DNA of 64,000 nt, taken from assembly GCA_963777955.1 (NCBI GenBank), contig CAVZSQ010000001.1:32001-96000 (forward strand), in the 5' to 3' direction. Shown here piece after piece: positions 9,568 through 18,986 of this stretch; positions within the stretch are counted from its first letter, which is position 1; each line of letters starts with the position of its first letter. This DNA comes from Calditrichia bacterium (GTDB taxonomy: Bacteria > Calditrichota > Calditrichia > JAJRVZ01). The notes beneath the pieces were generated by a model that worked only from the letters and a program-made list of their open reading frames with translations, was not told the origin of the DNA and did not search any database. A program made the position numbers and the translations under genes.

Positions 9568-12500
9568 ATGATCTTAGAAAAAATAATTGAACGATCCATA
9601 CGCAACAGATTAATTGTAATTCTGAGCGTGGTTTTTCTGATCGGCTGGGGTCTCTATTCCATGCTGAATATCCCGGTCGATGCCATCCCCGATTTGAGTG
9701 ATGTACAGGTGATCATTTATACGGAGTATGCCGGTCAATCACCGCGGATTATCGAAGACCAGGTAACCTACCCGTTGACCACAGCGATGGTATCTGTGCC
9801 GGCAGCGAAGGTGGTACGCGGATATTCGTTTTTCGGCTACTCGCTGGTCTATGTGATTTTTGAAGATGGAACGGATATCTACTGGGCGCGCAGCCGTGTC
9901 CTGGAGTATCTCAATTATGCCCAGAAACGGCTTCCGGAGAAAGTCATTCCCACACTGGGACCGGATGCCACCGGCGTGGGTTGGGTATTTGAATATACGC
10001 TCAGTTCAGATCAGCGATCATTGCAGGAATTGCGTTCCTATCAGGATTGGTATCTTAAATACGAATTAAGTTCAGTGGAGGGTGTGGCCGAGGTGGCCAG
10101 TATCGGTGGTTTCGTCAAAGAATACCAGGTGACCGTGGACCCGGTGCGCTTGCTGGCTTACCATCTGCCGTTGCATATGGTGGAAATGGCTATTATGAAT
10201 TCCAATAATGATGTCGGCGGGGAAGTGATCGAAATGGGTGAAATGGAGTTCATGGTCCGCGGGCTGGGCTATATAAAATCCCTGGATGATATCCGCAATA
10301 TCCCCGTCATGACTGATCCGGCAGGCGGGACACCGGTTTATGTCAGAGACATTGCCGATGTGACAATTGGTCCGCTGATGCGCCGGGGACTGGCTGAAAG
10401 CAACGGCGAGGGGGAAGTGGTCGGCGGTATCGTGGTGATGCGTTACGGACAAAATGCGCTTGAGGTGATCAAGAATGTGAAACAGAAACTCGAGGAACTC
10501 AAACAGGGGTTGCCGGCAGATGTAAATATTTCCGTTGCCTATGACCGCTCAGGCCTGATCGAACGGGCCATCGATACCTTGAAAGGTAAATTAATCGAAG
10601 AAATTATAATTGTGGCCATTGTCTGCATCATCTTTTTACTCCATGTACGAAGTGCTTTTGTGGCGATAATTACTTTGCCAACAGCTATCCTGATATCTTT
10701 TATAATAATGAAGTGGCAGGGTATCAACGCCAATATCATGTCACTGGGCGGAATTGCCATCGCCATCGGGGCTATGGTCGATGCAGCCATTATTATGATC
10801 GAGAATGCCCATAAACATATTGAATATGAACGCGAAAAACCTCCGGCCGAACAACGCGACCGCTGGCAGATCATTCTGGACTCATCCAAAGAGGTCGGAC
10901 CGGCCCTGTTTTATTCACTGCTGGTCATTACTGTCTCTTTTATTCCGGTATTCACCCTGGGTGCACAGGAAGGGAGATTGTTCCGTCCCCTGGCTTTTAC
11001 CAAAACCTATGCCATGGCCGCGGCGGCGGTTTTATCGATCACAATTGTTCCCATTCTGATGGGTTACTGGATCCGCGGCAGAATTCTGCCGGAAGAAAAA
11101 AATCCGGTCAATAAACTTTTGATCAGGATATATGGTCCACTGGTTGATCTTGTGCTTAAATATAATAAAACAGTTCTGATTATAGCAGCCGGCCTGATCC
11201 TGGTCACGCTGATTCCGCTCAGCCAAATCGGTTCTGAATTCATGCCGCCGCTGTACGAAGGGGACCTGCTGTATATGCCCACGACCATGCCGGGCATGTC
11301 GATTACCAAGGCCAGGGAACTGCTGCAGCAGACGGATAAGATCATCAGACAATTTCCGGAAGTGCATCATGTGTTCGGGAAAATCGGACGGGCAGAAACT
11401 GCTACTGATCCGGCCGGTCTGGATATGATCGAAACCACAATCATGCTGAAACCTGAAGATGAATGGCGGCCCGGAATGACCGTCCCGAAGTTGATTGATG
11501 AACTGGACCGGGCCATCCAGTTTCCGGGCCTGACCAATTCCTGGACCATGCCGATCAAGACACGCGTCGATATGCTCAGCACCGGTATTAAAACACCGGT
11601 GGGGATAAAAATATCCGGTCCTGATCTGAGTATGCTGGAAAAAATCGGCATCGAAATTGAATCTGTGTTACGCACCGTGCCCGGAACTTTAAGCGCTTTT
11701 GCCGAAAGATCGGTCGGGGGAAATTATCTGGATTTCGATATCGATCGCCTGGCTGCTGCGCGGTACGGTCTGACTATAGGTGACGTGCAGGATGTTATCC
11801 AGACTGCCATGGGCGGAATGAGTATTACCAGCACGGTGGAAGGACTGGAACGATATCCGGTAAATTTACGCTATAGCCGTGAACTCCGGGATAACCTGGA
11901 AGCCTTACGCCGGGTGCTGGTCCCGACACCCGCCGGCCAGCAGATACCCATCGGGCAACTGGCGACAATTACGACACGTAAAGGGCCGATGGTCATACGC
12001 AGCGAAGACAGCCGCCCCAATTCCTGGATCTTTATTGATATCAAGGATATCGATATAGGTAGTTATGTCCGGCAGGCGCAGAAAGTGGTTTCGGAAAAAA
12101 TCAAACTGCCAGCTGGTTATAATATCACCTGGAGTGGTGAATACGAATATATGCAGCGCGCCCGGCAGCGCCTGATGCTGATGATACCGTTGACGCTCTT
12201 TATAATTTTCGTGATCATTTATTTCAATACCCGCTCTATTACCAAGGTAGCCATTATCTTTTTAGCCGTGCCTTTTTCGCTGATCGGAACCTTCTGGTTT
12301 CTGTACATCCTGGGCTATAATCTCAGTATTGCAGTCTGGGTGGGGATCATCGCCCTGGCCGGACTGGATGCTGAAACAGGTGTGGTGATGTTGTTATACC
12401 TGGATCAGGCTTATGATCAGCAAAGGCAGAAAGGACTGCTGCGGAAACTCGGTGACCTGAAAGATGCGATTCATCACGGCGCGGTAAAAAGGGTCCGGCC

Positions 12501-12717
12501 TAAAATAATGACAGCGGCAGTGATTATTGCCGGGTTGTTGCCGATCATGTGGAGCCACGGCACCGGAGCAGATGTAATGAAACGGATTGCCGCACCGATG
12601 GTTGGCGGAATTGTAACTTCAGTACTTTTGGAACTGATGGTTTATCCGGTAATCTATTATCTTTGGAAAAAAAATTATCTGCAAAGGAATGATGAGGGAT
12701 TAAAAACAGGGAATTAA
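9568..12717 (+). CDS. cusA: CusA/SilA heavy-metal RND efflux permease
   Basis: DAIPDLSDVQVII, LGPDATGVGWVFEY, GAMVDAAI, MKRIAAPMVGG motifs. Confidence 0.95.
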   Translation: MILEKIIERSIRNRLIVILSVVFLIGWGLYSMLNIPVDAIPDLSDVQVIIYTEYAGQSPRIIEDQVTYPLTTAMVSVPAAKVVRGYSFFGYSLVYVIFEDGTDIYWARSRVLEYLNYAQKRLPEKVIPTLGPDATGVGWVFEYTLSSDQRSLQELRSYQDWYLKYELSSVEGVAEVASIGGFVKEYQVTVDPVRLLAYHLPLHMVEMAIMNSNNDVGGEVIEMGEMEFMVRGLGYIKSLDDIRNIPVMTDPAGGTPVYVRDIADVTIGPLMRRGLAESNGEGEVVGGIVVMRYGQNALEVIKNVKQKLEELKQGLPADVNISVAYDRSGLIERAIDTLKGKLIEEIIIVAIVCIIFLLHVRSAFVAIITLPTAILISFIIMKWQGINANIMSLGGIAIAIGAMVDAAIIMIENAHKHIEYEREKPPAEQRDRWQIILDSSKEVGPALFYSLLVITVSFIPVFTLGAQEGRLFRPLAFTKTYAMAAAAVLSITIVPILMGYWIRGRILPEEKNPVNKLLIRIYGPLVDLVLKYNKTVLIIAAGLILVTLIPLSQIGSEFMPPLYEGDLLYMPTTMPGMSITKARELLQQTDKIIRQFPEVHHVFGKIGRAETATDPAGLDMIETTIMLKPEDEWRPGMTVPKLIDELDRAIQFPGLTNSWTMPIKTRVDMLSTGIKTPVGIKISGPDLSMLEKIGIEIESVLRTVPGTLSAFAERSVGGNYLDFDIDRLAAARYGLTIGDVQDVIQTAMGGMSITSTVEGLERYPVNLRYSRELRDNLEALRRVLVPTPAGQQIPIGQLATITTRKGPMVIRSEDSRPNSWIFIDIKDIDIGSYVRQAQKVVSEKIKLPAGYNITWSGEYEYMQRARQRLMLMIPLTLFIIFVIIYFNTRSITKVAIIFLAVPFSLIGTFWFLYILGYNLSIAVWVGIIALAGLDAETGVVMLLYLDQAYDQQRQKGLLRKLGDLKDAIHHGAVKRVRPKIMTAAVIIAGLLPIMWSHGTGADVMKRIAAPMVGGIVTSVLLELMVYPVIYYLWKKNYLQRNDEGLKTGN

Positions 12718-12772
12718 ATATTATTTCAGGAGTTAAAGATTTAGTACATCTAACCAATAGGAGATAGATATT

Positions 12773-13345
12773 ATGAAGACATATATATTTATGATAGCGG
12801 CTTACCTGGTGCTGTTCAGCGCTGTCACAGTCAGGTCCCAACATATGCACCCCGCTACTGCAGAAAAAATGCAGGGGATGATGGGAAAACCCACCGGGGA
12901 ACAGGTAGTGGACGGCTTAAAAGTGCAGTTATGGGTGATACCCCAGGCAGAACATGAAAAAATGATGCAGGAGACCATGAAAGATTCTGCAAGCACCAAA
13001 GGTATGCACCATGGAATGACGGGTATGATGAATATGAAGCATGGTTCCGGCGGGTGCGGTGATTCTGCGATGGTCTCAAACCATAAAGCAACTATGATGA
13101 CAGGCACTCATCATCTCATGATTATGATCCTCGATGCTGACACTGGTCTGGAGGTCAATACTGCAGAGGTTAAACTTCATATTCTTACACCAACGCAAAA
13201 TCATTTATCCGCTGAATTGATAAAAATGAAAAATCATTATGGTGCAGGAATAAGTTTCAATGAGCAGGGCAAGTACATGTTACATGCACAAATTACCAAA
13301 GAGGGGAAAGAGTACCAGGCTGTCTTTACTTATGAGCAAAAATGA
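12773..13345 (+). CDS. Met/His-rich exported protein, putative Cu/Ag chaperone or sponge
   Basis: Signal peptide, MHHGMTGMMNMKHG, THHLMI, HYG motif; position in the cus operon. Confidence 0.65.
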   Translation: MKTYIFMIAAYLVLFSAVTVRSQHMHPATAEKMQGMMGKPTGEQVVDGLKVQLWVIPQAEHEKMMQETMKDSASTKGMHHGMTGMMNMKHGSGGCGDSAMVSNHKATMMTGTHHLMIMILDADTGLEVNTAEVKLHILTPTQNHLSAELIKMKNHYGAGISFNEQGKYMLHAQITKEGKEYQAVFTYEQK

Positions 13346-13373
13346 TTAAAAAGAATACTAGAGGAGTTCTTAG

Positions 13374-13922
13374 ATGAAAAACTATATTTTTCTATCAATA
13401 CTTTATGTTTTCAGCACTGCCGTCATGTACACCTGTTCAAAGGATGCGAACACAATGTACGAGACCGATAAGCAACCTGCGCTTATTGTATCTCCCGCCG
13501 ACGGGAGTACCGGTGTGCAGTTGAATGCAACAGTAACCCTTTCGTTTGCCCGACCGGTTATGGAAGGGATTGTGGAAAACAATTTCCATCTGATCAGTGC
13601 CAGGGATATGGCCGACTCCATGTCCATGGGTCATCCCATGATGAGTCATAGTAATATGATGATGGCCATGTCGGACTCGGCGATCATGCACCACCTGGAC
13701 CGTTATCATTCGACCCATGGAGATTTTAGCTGGAATAGTGATAGTACACTCTGCACATTTTTTGCCGATTCCATGCTGGCCGGACATACACAGTACATGA
13801 TCCATCTTGGAGGTGAAATGGTCAAGATGATGAAAGAGCATATGGGCGATATGGGCACAATGCACGGGATGGGAACAGGCCAGCTGAGCGACAATATCAT
13901 GCTGCACTTTACAACCTATTGA
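13374..13922 (+). CDS. Lipoprotein with Ig-like (Big_5/SbsA) domain and Met/His-rich inserts
   Basis: Putative lipidated Cys (YTC), VSPADGSTGV..VTLSF Big_5 signature, MSMGHPMMSHSNMMMAM. Confidence 0.7.
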   Translation: MKNYIFLSILYVFSTAVMYTCSKDANTMYETDKQPALIVSPADGSTGVQLNATVTLSFARPVMEGIVENNFHLISARDMADSMSMGHPMMSHSNMMMAMSDSAIMHHLDRYHSTHGDFSWNSDSTLCTFFADSMLAGHTQYMIHLGGEMVKMMKEHMGDMGTMHGMGTGQLSDNIMLHFTTY

Positions 13923-14020
13923 TCAGGCAGGAAAAGTATTTTGAATTTAAATCCTTTCATACTTAAATTGGAAATAGGAATTTTTGATACGACTACAAAA
14001 CTTCGTCGGGAAAACGGAAT

Positions 14021-14458
14021 ATGAACGGTCCATTAGATCATTCCAACTTAATCTGGCCGTTATTGGTTTATACCGTGCTGGTTCTGCTGCTCGTTCTGGG
14101 AGTGATGCTGGGGGTTGCCTACCTGCTGGGACAACGGCACAAAGACCGGGCCACCGGTGAAACCTTTGAATCCGGAATTGTCGGTACCGGTTCAGCGCAG
14201 CTCCGCTTCTCTGCTCACTTCTACCTAATAGCCATGTTTTTTGTAATCTTTGATCTGGAAGCTGTATTCATTGTTGCCTGGGCTATTGCTTTTAAAGAAC
14301 TCGGCTGGATGGGTTACACGGCAGTTTCGGTTTTTATCGGCATTTTGCTTGTGGTGCTGATCTATGAGTGGCGGATCGGTGCGCTGGATTTCGGGCTGAG
14401 CGGTAAAAAACTGTTAAAAAAATATCAGATCTTGAATAAAAGTCTGGATGAGTTATAA
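14021..14458 (+). CDS. nuoA: NADH-quinone oxidoreductase subunit A
   Basis: FESG, FYLIAMFFVIFDLE motifs. Confidence 0.95.
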   Translation: MNGPLDHSNLIWPLLVYTVLVLLLVLGVMLGVAYLLGQRHKDRATGETFESGIVGTGSAQLRFSAHFYLIAMFFVIFDLEAVFIVAWAIAFKELGWMGYTAVSVFIGILLVVLIYEWRIGALDFGLSGKKLLKKYQILNKSLDEL

Positions 14459-14481
14459 ACTAAAACTTTGATATCTCAATT

Positions 14482-15081
14482 ATGATTCAGGTACAACCTT
14501 CCCTGGAAGAAACAGTCAGGCAGAGTATTGTCCTGAGCCGTCTGCAGGATTTGCTGGCCTGGGGACGGAAAAATTCCATGTGGCCGTTCAATTTCGGTTT
14601 GTCCTGCTGCTATGTGGAAATGGCCACCAGTCTGACTCCCCGTTATGATATCGCCCGGTTCGGGGCCGAAGTCATCCGCGGAACACCACGGGAAGCGGAT
14701 GTCATGATCATTGCCGGAACCGTATTTATGAAAATGGCGCCGATCATCAAAAGACTTTATGAACAGATGATGGAACCGCGCTGGATAATTTCCATGGGTT
14801 CCTGCGCCAACTCCGGCGGTATGTATGATATTTACAGTGTGGTGCAGGGGGTGGACAAGTTCATGCCGGTGGATGTGTATGTGCCGGGTTGCCCGCCGCG
14901 CCCCGATGCTTTTATGGAAGGTTTGATGATGCTGCGCGATGCAGTGGGCAAAGAAAAACGTCCCCTGAGTTGGATTGTGGGCAATCAGCAAACCATTAAA
15001 CCGGCAAAAACAAGTATGCGCGACCTGAAGCAGGATCAAAGAAAAAAATGGGGCACATTTAAATCGGCAGATGAGATCTAA
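14482..15081 (+). CDS. nuoB: NADH-quinone oxidoreductase subunit B
   Basis: [27 protein letters not shown]. Confidence 0.97.
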   Translation: MIQVQPSLEETVRQSIVLSRLQDLLAWGRKNSMWPFNFGLSCCYVEMATSLTPRYDIARFGAEVIRGTPREADVMIIAGTVFMKMAPIIKRLYEQMMEPRWIISMGSCANSGGMYDIYSVVQGVDKFMPVDVYVPGCPPRPDAFMEGLMMLRDAVGKEKRPLSWIVGNQQTIKPAKTSMRDLKQDQRKKWGTFKSADEI

Positions 15082-15119
15082 CCGGTAGGTAAACATTGTA
15101 GCATGAATAATCAGGATTT

Positions 15120-16868
15120 ATGCCAGATAATCCAACGATTGTTACAGAACTGCGGACAAAATTCGGTGACGCGGCAATCACTATTCAATCTACCTGTGAT
15201 CTTATTCCTACTGTCTGGATTGAAAAAAAACAGATCAATCCTGTATTAAAATATCTTAAAACAGAAATCAGCAGTCCGTACCGCATGCTGTACGACCTGA
15301 CGGCTATCGATGAACAACTGCGCGGGAAAAGGGCTGGACAACCAGCCAGTGACTTTACCGTGGTTTATCACCTGCTGTCGCTGCAGCGCAATGAGGATGT
15401 GCGGATTAAGGTTGCTTTATCCAAAGATGAACCGTTGCTGCCCAGCATTACCGGTATCTGGCCAAGCGCCAACTGGTATGAACGCGAAGTTTTTGATATG
15501 TTCGGGATAAAATTTAATGGGCATCCGAATCTGCGCCGTATTTTAATGCCGCCAACCTGGCAGGGCTATCCGCTGCGTAAAGAACATTATGCCCGGGCTA
15601 CAGAGGCAGGGCCGTTCGAATTGACCGATCAGAAACAGGATACCGAACAGGAAGCCCTGCAATTCAAACCGGAAGAATGGGGCATGCAGCGGCAGAGTGA
15701 AGATTCCGATTTCATGTTCTTAAATCTGGGTCCGCAGCATCCCGGTACTCATGGTGTACTGCGTCTGGTCCTGCAACTGGATGGAGAAGAGATAGTCGAT
15801 ATCGCACCGGATATCGGATATCATCACCGTGGCGCCGAAAAGATGAGTGAGCGGCAGACCTGGCATACTTATATCCCGTACACCGACCGGATTGATTATC
15901 TGGGCGGGGTCATGAATAATCTGCCCTATCTGCTGGCGGTAGAAAAATTAGCCGGCATCAAAGTCCCGGAACGCGCACAGGTAATCCGCATCATGCTCTG
16001 CGAACTCTTCCGCCTTTCCAGTCATCTGGTCTGGTACGGAACCTTCGCTCAGGATATCGGGCAGCTTTCGCCCGTATTTTACATGTTTTACGACCGCGAA
16101 CGCATCCTGGATATTGTCGCTGCCATTTGCGGCGACCGCATGCACCCGAACTGGTTCCGTATCGGCGGAGTAGTGCAGGACCTGCCCATGGGCTGGGAAA
16201 CAATGGTACGCGATTTTGTAAAATATTTTCCCAAACGGATCAGGGAATATGATAAACTGACCATGAATAACCGTATCCTGAAAGCACGAACCGTGGGGAT
16301 CGGCTGTTATACCCTGGCCGAGGCGATCGATTGGGGAGTGACCGGTCCTGGTCTGCGCGCTACAGGTCTGGAGTGGGATTTTCGTAAAAAGCGGCCCTAT
16401 TCAGGGTACGATCAGTTTCAATTTGAAATTCCAACAGGTAAAAACGGGGATTGTTATGACCGGGCCCGGGTGAGAGTGGAGGAAATGCGGCAGAGTGTAC
16501 GCATTATTGAACAGTGTCTGGAAAACATGCCTGCCGGAGCGTACAAATCGGATCATCCGCTGGCCACACCACCGTTGAAAGAAAAAACGATGCACGATAT
16601 TGAAACCCTGATTACACACTTTCTGGGAGTCACCTGGGGACCGGTGCTGCCGGAAGGTGAAGCCTTTTGTGCGGTGGAAGCCTCCAAAGGCAACAATGGT
16701 TATTATGTGGTCAGCGACGGCGATATTCATGCTTACCGTACCAGGATCCGGACACCATCTTTTCCTCATATCCAGATGGTACCTTACATCAGCCGGGGGC
16801 ACACAGTCGCCGATCTGCTGGCAATTCTGGGGAGTATTGATTATGTATTGGCGGATTTGGATAGGTAA
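15120..16868 (+). CDS. nuoC: NADH-quinone oxidoreductase fused subunit C/D
   Basis: ANWYERE and GHPNLRRI (C part) fused to [15 protein letters not shown]...DLDR (D part). Confidence 0.97.
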   Translation: MPDNPTIVTELRTKFGDAAITIQSTCDLIPTVWIEKKQINPVLKYLKTEISSPYRMLYDLTAIDEQLRGKRAGQPASDFTVVYHLLSLQRNEDVRIKVALSKDEPLLPSITGIWPSANWYEREVFDMFGIKFNGHPNLRRILMPPTWQGYPLRKEHYARATEAGPFELTDQKQDTEQEALQFKPEEWGMQRQSEDSDFMFLNLGPQHPGTHGVLRLVLQLDGEEIVDIAPDIGYHHRGAEKMSERQTWHTYIPYTDRIDYLGGVMNNLPYLLAVEKLAGIKVPERAQVIRIMLCELFRLSSHLVWYGTFAQDIGQLSPVFYMFYDRERILDIVAAICGDRMHPNWFRIGGVVQDLPMGWETMVRDFVKYFPKRIREYDKLTMNNRILKARTVGIGCYTLAEAIDWGVTGPGLRATGLEWDFRKKRPYSGYDQFQFEIPTGKNGDCYDRARVRVEEMRQSVRIIEQCLENMPAGAYKSDHPLATPPLKEKTMHDIETLITHFLGVTWGPVLPEGEAFCAVEASKGNNGYYVVSDGDIHAYRTRIRTPSFPHIQMVPYISRGHTVADLLAILGSIDYVLADLDR

Positions 16869-16870
16869 AA

Positions 16871-17183
16871 AGGCACATAGGCACTATGGCACTGGGGCAA
16901 TTAATGGCCCTCGACTTGCTCGGGGACCTTCGACCGGTCGTCGAGCGAAGTCGAGACGACCCCACTGATGGGTCATCCCGGGCTTGTCGAAGATCTGGCG
17001 CCAGACAGAACCCTGGATCTGTTTTGAGAAAGAATAATGGAAATTTCCCCTCTGGAGAGGGGTGGATTCCCGCCGCAGGCGGGAAGACGGGGTGTGTGGA
17101 ATAAGGGGTTGGATAAAGGTTAAAGGATAAATTATAAAATGTGTCGGGCTTTTCTTTACCCATTAACCATTGCCCATTAACCT
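16871..17183. repeat. Mosaic of REP-like palindromes and short tandem repeats between nuoCD and nuoE
   Basis: GGCAC-based octamer repeats (16871-16899), inverted REP pair (16906-16961), GTCATCCCGG...GGATCT unit (16972-17020), CCCCTCTGGAGAGGGG unit (17047-17096), GGATAAA/GGTTAAA heptamers. Confidence 0.75.
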
Positions 17184-17209
17184 GATTTTCAACAAATAGA
17201 ATTTTGAAT

Positions 17210-17675
17210 ATGCTGACGGAAATAGAAAAACAGGAAATCGAAGCAGGAAGTCAGGCAATTTCCTCACCGCCCGGCAGTCTGCATTGAAGCACTTAAGGTA
17301 GTGCAAAAGCACCGTCGCTGGGTGTCAGATGAGAACATCCGGGACATTGCTGCATTTTTAATCATGTCACCAGAAGAAGTGGAAAACGTGGCTACCTTTT
17401 ATAATCTGGTTTTTCGTAAACCGGTCGGACGCCATGTCATTCTGGTTTGCGACAGCATCAGTTGCTGGATCATGGGTTATGAGAATATTGTGTCTAACCT
17501 GAATAAAAAACTGGGTATCGGGTTGGGTGAAACCACTACCGACGACCGTTTTACTTTACTGACCGTACCCTGTCTGGGAACATGTGATCATGCCCCGGCT
17601 CTGATGATCGACGATGACCTGTACCGGGATCTGAGTGCCGATAAGTTGGATGAGATTATACAAAAATATAAATAG
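17210..17675 (+). CDS. nuoE: NADH-quinone oxidoreductase subunit E (frameshift ~17245)
   Basis: MLTEIEKQEI start, VATFYN, CDSISC, CLGTCDHAP 2Fe-2S motifs. Confidence 0.92.
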
Positions 17676-17708
17676 TAATTAGTAATTGGTAATTGATAAT
17701 TGATAAAA

Positions 17709-18983
17709 ATGGAAAGACCATTAACTCAACATATCCGTCCCGGCGCTGCCCCGCTGAGTTTAAAGGAATATGAAAAAACCGGTGGTTATCAGGCTTTCCG
17801 CAAGGTAATTAAAGAAATGAAACCGGCCGATGTTATCCAGCTGGTCAAGGATGCCAACCTGACCGGCCGCGGCGGAGCTGGTTTTCCAACCGGACTTAAA
17901 TGGAGTTTCGTGCCGGCTGGTCCTGAAGCTCCCCGGCCGAAATACCTGGTGGCCAACGGCGATGAAATGGAACCGGGTACCTTTAAAGATCGTTTGCTGC
18001 TGGAAGGCGATCCGCATCAGTTGCTGGAAGGGATGATGATCAGCGCATATGCCATCCAGGCTGATATCGCTTATGTATTTTTGCGTGCTGAATATAAACT
18101 GGCCGCGAAAATTATAAACCAGGCTCTGGCCGAACTTCATGAAGCAAATTACCTGGGGGAAAGAATTCTGGGCAGTGACTTCAATCTGGAAATGCATTTG
18201 CATACCAGCGTCGGCCGCTATATGTGCGGAGAAGAAACCGGTTTGCTGAATTCACTGGAGGGCAAACGCGCTACTCCCAGAGCCAAGCCTCCTTTCCCGC
18301 AGATCAGCGGACTTTTTGGTAAACCAACCATCGTCAATAATATTGAAACGCTCTGTTGCGTGCCGCATATCGTTAATCAGGGTACAACCTGGTTTAAAAG
18401 TTTAAGTCTTACTCCCGAAGGGGGTACAAAATTATACGGCGTCAGCGGGCGCGTAAAGAATCCGGGAGTGTGGGAACTGCCGATGGGTACCACCATGCGT
18501 GAAATTCTGCAGGAATATGCCGGGGGAATGCAGGAAGGGTATAAATTCCGCGGGGCCTTACCCGGCGGTGCTTCAACCGATTTTCTGGTGGAAGAACATC
18601 TGGATATCCCGATGGACTTCGATGCAGTCAGCAAGGCCGGCAGCCGGTTGGGGACAGGCACTATGATCGTTCTGGACGATCGCACCTGTCCGGTGGGTTT
18701 TGTACATAATCTGGAACATTTCTTTGCCCAGGAATCCTGCGGCTGGTGTACTCCCTGCCGGGAAGGTTTGCCCTGGGTGGAAAAGATATTGGGGGCCATT
18801 GAACAAGGGGCAGGACAACCTGGCGATCTGGATTTACTGACGGCTCATTGTAAATGGCTGGGACCGGGTAACACCTTTTGTGCACTGGCACCGGGTGCTA
18901 TGGAACCTTTGCAAAGTGCCCTGAAATATTTCCGCAGCGACTTTGAACGCCACTTCACCGAAAAAAGGTGTCCGTGGAGGTAA
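17709..18983 (+). CDS. nuoF: NADH-quinone oxidoreductase subunit F
   Basis: GRGGAGFPTG, DEMEPGTFKD, YMCGEET, ESCGWCTPCREG. Confidence 0.97.
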   Translation: MERPLTQHIRPGAAPLSLKEYEKTGGYQAFRKVIKEMKPADVIQLVKDANLTGRGGAGFPTGLKWSFVPAGPEAPRPKYLVANGDEMEPGTFKDRLLLEGDPHQLLEGMMISAYAIQADIAYVFLRAEYKLAAKIINQALAELHEANYLGERILGSDFNLEMHLHTSVGRYMCGEETGLLNSLEGKRATPRAKPPFPQISGLFGKPTIVNNIETLCCVPHIVNQGTTWFKSLSLTPEGGTKLYGVSGRVKNPGVWELPMGTTMREILQEYAGGMQEGYKFRGALPGGASTDFLVEEHLDIPMDFDAVSKAGSRLGTGTMIVLDDRTCPVGFVHNLEHFFAQESCGWCTPCREGLPWVEKILGAIEQGAGQPGDLDLLTAHCKWLGPGNTFCALAPGAMEPLQSALKYFRSDFERHFTEKRCPWR

Positions 18984-18986
18984 GGA

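Noticed and set aside
16886..17104. 72-aa and 124-aa ORFs in the nuoD-nuoE spacer
   Set aside because: They are translations of palindromic repeats with no protein-like features.
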